This document shows, piece by piece, positions 47,841-52,822 of a DNA stretch of 52,822 nt (its first letter is position 1; each line of letters opens with the position of its first letter). Made by a program: the position numbers and the translations under genes. The notes beneath the pieces were generated by a model. It did not search any database. It was not told the origin of the DNA and saw nothing but the letters and a program-made list of their open reading frames with translations. The stretch comes from an uncultured Bacteroidales bacterium. GTDB lineage: Bacteria > Bacteroidota > Bacteroidia > Bacteroidales > UBA4417. The stretch lies in contig CAIJPI010000210.1 in assembly GCA_903822525.1 (NCBI GenBank), forward strand, positions 1 through 52,822, read 5' to 3'.

Positions 47841-49096
47841 AAGAGCAAAAAGGAATTTTCCGCCATATCGATCGCACGCTGATACTATTATACCTGGCAC
47901 TGGTACTGATAGGCTGGGTTAATATTTATGCAGCCGTGTATAACGATGAGCATGCCAGTATTTTCGACTTATCGCAGTCGTATGGGAAACAGATGCTTTG
48001 GATAGTAACATCCCTGATTTTGGGATTAATGGTAATACTTACTGATGCCAAGTTTTTCAATGCCTTTGCCTATCCTATATATGGAGGGACGATTTTGCTG
48101 CTGGTGGTGGTATTGTTTGCAGGAAAAGAAATTGCCGGTTCCAAGTCGTGGTTCCAGATAGGTGGTTTTGCGCTGCAGCCTGCTGAATTTGCTAAATTTG
48201 CCACCACCCTTGCGCTGGCACATTACCTGAGTGCACTCGATTTTGACAGCAGAAAACGAAAATCACAGATTATTCCGCTCTTTATTCTTGCACTTCCGGC
48301 TGTGCTTATACTGCTGCAGAACGATACGGGATCGGCCATTGTTTATGCATCGCTGGCACTTGTATTATACAGACAGGGCATGCCCGGCAGCATATTGTTA
48401 CTTGGTGTTGCGGTAGCTATACTTTCAATCATGGCCTTACTCTTTAATCCCTATATTGTAATAGCCGTTATTGGAGTCTTGCTTCTTGGATTTGCTTTTT
48501 TTATGCGGCGCAATATGCGTAACGTCCTTACGTTGGCAGGTATTTTTGTGGTGGCTTCGATGTTTGTACAAAGTGTGAATTATGCCTTCGAAAATATACT
48601 TGAGTTTCACCAGAAAACCCGTATAAACGTATTGCTTGGCAAACAGATCGATCTGAAAGGGGCAGGATATAATGTTAACCAATCGAAAATTGCCATCGGA
48701 TCAGGCGGTTTCTGGGGGAAAGGATTCCTGAACGGAACGCAGACCAAGTTTAATTTCGTTCCTGAACAGAGCACCGACTTTATTTTTTGTACGGTTGGTG
48801 AAGAATGGGGATTTGTAGGGTCTACAGCAGTAATACTCTTATTCCTGGCTCTGATTGTGCGGATTATCCTGATGGCCGAGCGACAACGCTCGGATTTCAG
48901 CCGGATATACGGATATGGTGTTGCCTCCATATTATTTTTCCATTTCTTTGTCAATATCGGTATGACCATAGGCCTTATGCCCGTAATCGGGATTCCTCTG
49001 CCTTTTTTCAGTTATGGTGGTTCATCGCTCTGGGCATTTACCATTCTGCTATTCATTTTTATCAAACAGGATTCGAACAGGCTGCAGCTGGTATAG
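47837..49096 (+). CDS. rodA: Rod shape-determining protein RodA (SEDS)
   Basis: QPAEFAK; QNDTGS; GYNVNQSKIAIGSGG; PEQSTDFIF; GIPLPFFSYGGSS; TTG start overlapping the mrdA stop. Confidence 0.95.
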   Translation: MKEQKGIFRHIDRTLILLYLALVLIGWVNIYAAVYNDEHASIFDLSQSYGKQMLWIVTSLILGLMVILTDAKFFNAFAYPIYGGTILLLVVVLFAGKEIAGSKSWFQIGGFALQPAEFAKFATTLALAHYLSALDFDSRKRKSQIIPLFILALPAVLILLQNDTGSAIVYASLALVLYRQGMPGSILLLGVAVAILSIMALLFNPYIVIAVIGVLLLGFAFFMRRNMRNVLTLAGIFVVASMFVQSVNYAFENILEFHQKTRINVLLGKQIDLKGAGYNVNQSKIAIGSGGFWGKGFLNGTQTKFNFVPEQSTDFIFCTVGEEWGFVGSTAVILLFLALIVRIILMAERQRSDFSRIYGYGVASILFFHFFVNIGMTIGLMPVIGIPLPFFSYGGSSLWAFTILLFIFIKQDSNRLQLV

Positions 49097-49097
49097 T

Positions 49098-49170
49098 GAG
49101 GGAGAGAGAGAGGGAAGGGGAGAGGGGGCGAGAGAGCGAGGGGGTGAGGGAGCGAGGGAGCGAGGGAGCG
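49098..49170 (+). repeat. Purine-rich degenerate octamer array (GAGGGAGC-type) directly after the rodA stop
   Basis: ...GAGGGGGC GAGAGAGC GAGGGGGT GAGGGAGC GAGGGAGC GAGGGAGC; almost entirely G/A. Confidence 0.8.
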
Positions 49171-49461
49171 AAATCTGTTATATCGAAAATGGGAATGCAG
49201 CAAGAAAAAAATTATGAGATCGAACGACACATTCCGGGACTGGCAAGGTTGAATCAGCTCAGGATGTTAAATATTTGCAGGTGGATATAACAAGTGTAAA
49301 AGAATTCACCGCTTGCGCGAAACCTGGCATCTTCAGCCTTTGGTTTATATAGGATACAATTTGATTTTAAGATAACACATCAGATCCTGCTCATTTTATG
49401 GAAGAGTGAGAAAGTTAGCGCTATACCTGTAAACAGATACTTTTTCCCGATCAGTTCACAT

Positions 49462-49493
49462 AAAAAAACCGCTCCATGACTGAAGCGGTTTTT
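49462..49493. terminator. Bidirectional intrinsic terminator
   Basis: AAAAACCGCT...AGCGGTTTTT between convergent rodA and ppiD-like genes. Confidence 0.8.
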
Positions 49494-49514
49494 AAAAATC
49501 ATGTTAGGTTTAGT

Positions 49515-51638
49515 TTAGTAGAACGTTAACCTGTTATCTTCAATATCGGCCTTTTCCTGAAGTATGTTTGAGAACATACCAGCACGTCCCTGGAAATAGA
49601 GAGCCATCTGTTTTTTCTGATTTTCAAAATCTACTGTAACAGGAGCATCTTTAATCTGATCGAGAATAAATACATAAACTCCCTGTTCGCCTTGCACCGG
49701 ACCGGTTACCTGGCCTTTTTTAGCTGAGAAGATCTGCCCGGTAAGTTTCGCCTCATGACCGTAGTTAGGAATATTGGCACTGGTGAATGATACATCAACG
49801 GTATCAATTTTGATTTTTGGGAATTCCTGAATCAGCGCATTTACATCCTTGAGTTTAGCAAACTGATTGTTCACTTTTTTCATCAGGAATTCTGCTTTCT
49901 TTTCGCGGAGAACAAGTGGTTTGATAGGATCCTTCAAAACATCGAGTGGAACGAATCCTATTTCTACTTTATTCTTCAGGGCTGCAACTACATACGTACC
50001 TTCGATATCAAATACATTTGAAACGGAACCTTTTTCTGTTTCTTCATTAAATGACCAGCGTACTATTTCACGTGCAATTTTCAATCCGGGGATGGTATTA
50101 TCACTTTCGTTGAGCCTGTCGGCATTACGAAGATTCAGGCCTTTATCTTTAACAGCCTTTTCCATTTTTTCCAATGTATTATTGGTTGATGCAAAAGTGC
50201 TGGCCTCGTTATATAAAGCTTCGATGGTTTTGGAGCCTGCTTCCATGCGGAAATCGACACTGGCAACCTTTATTTTGGCTGAAGGATCTTTTTTACCTGC
50301 TATTTTCAGAATGTGGTATCCAAACTGTGTTTCTACCTTTTTAATATCTCCAACAGTGCCTTTTAAAACGGCCTCGTTAAATTCGGTTACCATGGTTCCT
50401 TCGGCAAACCAACCCAGATCGCCTAGTTTTATTTTTGCTGATTCATCATCGTTAAGTGTGACAGCCATTACTTCGAAAGCGGCAGGATTTTTCTGTATCA
50501 CGTTCAAAATACTATCAGCCAATTTTCCGGCAGCTTCGCGGGTACGAGTTGCAGTTTTGATAGGGGTGCCTGCATATGAAACCAGAATATGGCTGGCCTT
50601 CAGAGAATCGGGTTTTACCTGGCGATCCACCACTTTAAATATGCGATACATTCCATTATCTTCGGTTGGCTGTAAAACCTGTCCAACAGGAGCATTAAAC
50701 AGCATTGAATCGATCATAGGCGAAAATTTGCCCCGCTTATGCCAGGTACTGTCGTAACGGTTATCGGAGGTTGAATTTACAAATCCGGCAATATCGGTAG
50801 CAACCTGGAATTCAGTGTATGCTTTCTGAATATTTTGATTCAGGAGGGCTTTGTCCTCAGCCGACATTTTAGGTTCGAAGAGCACATATTCCAGATCACG
50901 AACTGGTTTGTCCTGTTTGTACTTATACTTGTTTTCGGCATAGTATTTTTCGTAATCGGCATCCGTAATTTTTACGGCACTATCAGGAACCATCTGGTAC
51001 GACATACCGGTTATACGAACCTGAGCCATAGTATTTGCCTCTGTGTAATTGCGTTTAGCAAATGCAGTGGGCACATAAAATGCTTTGGTGATCAGATTGT
51101 TGTATTTTGTCGACTGCCTGTCGCTTTTGATTGCTTTTTCCATCAACAGGTAGCGTTGTTTCATTTCAGGTTTAACCATCTCGGTATTGTCGAGATTCTG
51201 AAGGAAATTATTTACTGCTTTCTGGTCAAATTGTCCGGTTTTAGGATCGGTAAAACTTTGAACAATATATTGATGAGGATTTTTTCCCCTGATAAGATCA
51301 TCAAGTTCTTCGATAGAAACTGATACGCCAAGCTCATCGTATTGCTCGTTCATAACAATTTCGTTTACTACCTGCTGCCAGGTTTGCTGGCGTACCTGGT
51401 AATTTTCTTCTGCAGTCAGATTTTCTTTTCCGCTGTTAGCTTTCTGCATCTCGCTGTTCTCTTCAACTCTTTTGTTGAATTCAGTAATCGAGATTTTCTC
51501 ACCTGCAATAATACCTATTGTATTGGACTGCTTTCCTTTCTTGCGCTGAAAATCGCTAAGAACGAAAAGAAGAAGTGCAATACCAATAATAGCTACCAGT
51601 AACCAGTAATGTTTTCGTATTTCGCCAATAATTGCCAT
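49515..51638 (-). CDS. ppiD: PpiD-like membrane-anchored peptidyl-prolyl isomerase (SurA N-terminal domain plus parvulin domain)
   Basis: MAIIGEIRK..LLVAIIGIALLLFVLSD; ASHILVSY; GDLGWF; VETQFGYHILKI; IEDNRLTFY. TAAATTTG promoter box at 51675-51682 supports the start at 51638. Confidence 0.88.
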   Translation of the reverse strand: MAIIGEIRKHYWLLVAIIGIALLLFVLSDFQRKKGKQSNTIGIIAGEKISITEFNKRVEENSEMQKANSGKENLTAEENYQVRQQTWQQVVNEIVMNEQYDELGVSVSIEELDDLIRGKNPHQYIVQSFTDPKTGQFDQKAVNNFLQNLDNTEMVKPEMKQRYLLMEKAIKSDRQSTKYNNLITKAFYVPTAFAKRNYTEANTMAQVRITGMSYQMVPDSAVKITDADYEKYYAENKYKYKQDKPVRDLEYVLFEPKMSAEDKALLNQNIQKAYTEFQVATDIAGFVNSTSDNRYDSTWHKRGKFSPMIDSMLFNAPVGQVLQPTEDNGMYRIFKVVDRQVKPDSLKASHILVSYAGTPIKTATRTREAAGKLADSILNVIQKNPAAFEVMAVTLNDDESAKIKLGDLGWFAEGTMVTEFNEAVLKGTVGDIKKVETQFGYHILKIAGKKDPSAKIKVASVDFRMEAGSKTIEALYNEASTFASTNNTLEKMEKAVKDKGLNLRNADRLNESDNTIPGLKIAREIVRWSFNEETEKGSVSNVFDIEGTYVVAALKNKVEIGFVPLDVLKDPIKPLVLREKKAEFLMKKVNNQFAKLKDVNALIQEFPKIKIDTVDVSFTSANIPNYGHEAKLTGQIFSAKKGQVTGPVQGEQGVYVFILDQIKDAPVTVDFENQKKQMALYFQGRAGMFSNILQEKADIEDNRLTFY

Positions 51639-51836
51639 TTGTATGTAATTTAATAGTTTTCGTAAAAAGAGGTGCAAATTTACAATAATTCCTCAGTTGG
51701 AAAAATTATTTTTTCATTCTTATCGCATCCAGCCCATTTTGAAAGCCTTTAAGTATGAATCCATTACCTAAATCCGGAATAAATCAGGCTTTTCCTTCAA
51801 CACTGAAAGGTTGAATCTTGAAAAATACTCAGCTGT

Positions 51837-51932
51837 TTACGCATCAATTTTCAGCAGCACTTTGTCGATCCTGCTGCCTGATGCTTCGAGGATTGTAAAT
51901 GTAAAGCGTTCAATTTTAATCTGTTGATTTTT
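51837..51932 (-). pseudogene. Orphan 3' fragment resembling the C-terminal CorC/HlyC domain of a hemolysin-family (CBS domain) protein
   Basis: Manual translation KNQQIKIERFTFTILEASGSRIDKVLLKIDA*; no start codon; in-frame TGA immediately upstream (51933-51935). The pattern I.I..F.F.IL....RIDKV.L fits the CorC_HlyC C-terminus. Confidence 0.6.
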
Positions 51933-52038
51933 TCAGAAAGATGTTCCGGGTAGTTCCAAAAATTGAAGCCGGTTAAAGTAATTCCATACAGTTGAAGGAT
52001 GGGAAAACGTATGTTTACCAGTCATAGCTTTTTTTGAG

Positions 52039-52046
52039 TATTTTTG
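52039..52046 (+). promoter_or_regulatory. Bacteroidota -7 promoter box for the TA operon
   Basis: TATTTTTG 10 nt upstream of the ATG at 52057. Confidence 0.55.
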
Positions 52047-52056
52047 TAAAAACAAT

Positions 52057-52299
52057 ATGAGTATGGAAACATTAATAGTACATCTAGACAAAAGCGTCAG
52101 CAAGGCTAAAGTGAAAGAAGCTTTAAAAATGCTGAAAGGGATAAAAAGTGTTTCAGATAGATTAAGCCGTTCCGATTTCGAGGAACTAGCCGACAACTTA
52201 CTTATTAAAGAAATGAAAAAGGCGGATAAAAGTGCTTTACTTTCCTACACAGAAGGCAAGAAAGAATTTGCTGCTATTAAAAATCGTTTGAACGAATGA
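52057..52299 (+). CDS. Putative type II antitoxin
   Basis: 80 aa; N-terminal strand-helix METLIVH...VKEALKML; acidic helical C-terminal half; ATGA overlap with the RelE-like gene. Confidence 0.65.
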   Translation: MSMETLIVHLDKSVSKAKVKEALKMLKGIKSVSDRLSRSDFEELADNLLIKEMKKADKSALLSYTEGKKEFAAIKNRLNE

Positions 52300-52562
52300 T
52301 TGTTATATATCGAAAATCATTTTTTAATGATGTTGGCCTTATTATCAAACTAAAACATGTTATTGATATTGAATTTATTACCGAAATGGCAAATAGTGTT
52401 TCGGTACCAATTGATATCCCAGGTTTTAAATGGCTACGGCAGTACCCTGATATGGCACGGATCGAAGTTGCTCCTTTTCGAATAGGTGTGCAGGTAATAG
52501 GAGACACAATAATATTTAAGCGTGTACTTCACCGCTCTTTATTTTATACGCAATTTCCATAA
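52296..52562 (+). CDS. Type II toxin, RelE/ParE family (divergent)
   Basis: 88 aa; M.V.YRKSF..D, DIPGFK.L, RI....FRIG and F.RVLHR...Y..FP match the RelE subfamily that ends in Y-x-x-F-P. Confidence 0.75.
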   Translation: MIVIYRKSFFNDVGLIIKLKHVIDIEFITEMANSVSVPIDIPGFKWLRQYPDMARIEVAPFRIGVQVIGDTIIFKRVLHRSLFYTQFP

Positions 52563-52822
52563 GTGCCTGAATATATATAATATATAAAATGCAAGCCTGA
52601 TATTGTATATTATCAAGCGCAAACAAATTTATTGATAAACAGAGGGCAGTAAAAACATAACTTCTGAGACAACCTCAATTAATAAGCAATAATTAATTTT
52701 GCACATGAGGTATTATTTCATGTGATTTACAAATACTTCCTTAGGCAGTAAAGATTATACTATTTACAACATCTTTCCGCCACACTCCGTTAGGGATATT
52801 GAGCTGAAGACTGATGACTTCA

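Noticed and set aside
48805-49290. ORFs with ERERE/GSEG or PLSLP runs
   Set aside because: They overlap rodA and the polypurine repeat; artefacts.
49867-50757. 296-aa plus-strand ORF, and similar long antisense ORFs inside the RND, S46, mlaE and pgk genes
   Set aside because: Antisense to well-supported genes, with no motifs; expected from codon bias.
51933-52507. Minus-strand ORFs 51933..52196 and 52277..52507
   Set aside because: Antisense shadows of the better-supported TA pair.

Overview
Mostly housekeeping and envelope chromosome from a Bacteroidota bacterium, probably an environmental Bacteroidales. This rests on TAnnTTTG-type promoter boxes, T9SS C-terminal sorting domains and S46 dipeptidyl peptidases. 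In order, the window holds: two tandem paralogous Reeler-like proteins with a CxxCH motif (one cut by the window edge and missing from the ORF track; the complete one has a T9SS sorting tail); a TetR-TolC-MFP-RND efflux operon; lnt; a carboxyltransferase without a biotinyl domain; several peptide-catabolism genes (M49 DPP III with HEXXH, two DPP7-type S46 paralogues, an M64 peptidase, a tryptophanase-family lyase); a large T9SS Ig-repeat protein; an Omp85-like barrel; an acyltransferase-3; manC; sprT; mlaE/mlaF; cvpA; a GT-C-like membrane protein; pgk; an SPFH protein; mrdA-rodA; a PpiD-like chaperone; and a RelE-type toxin-antitoxin pair. I found no rRNA, tRNA, CRISPR array, integrase or transposase. 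The best leads are (i) the tandem CxxCH proteins, possibly surface-exported haem-c proteins, (ii) an orphan 3' fragment of a CorC/HlyC-type gene between ppiD and the TA pair that may mark an integration junction, (iii) a ~230-bp MITE-like element containing nested REP-like palindromes, and (iv) five intergenic heptamer/octamer arrays. All family calls come from reading motifs by eye; no database searches were run. The sequence alone does not prove a new system here.
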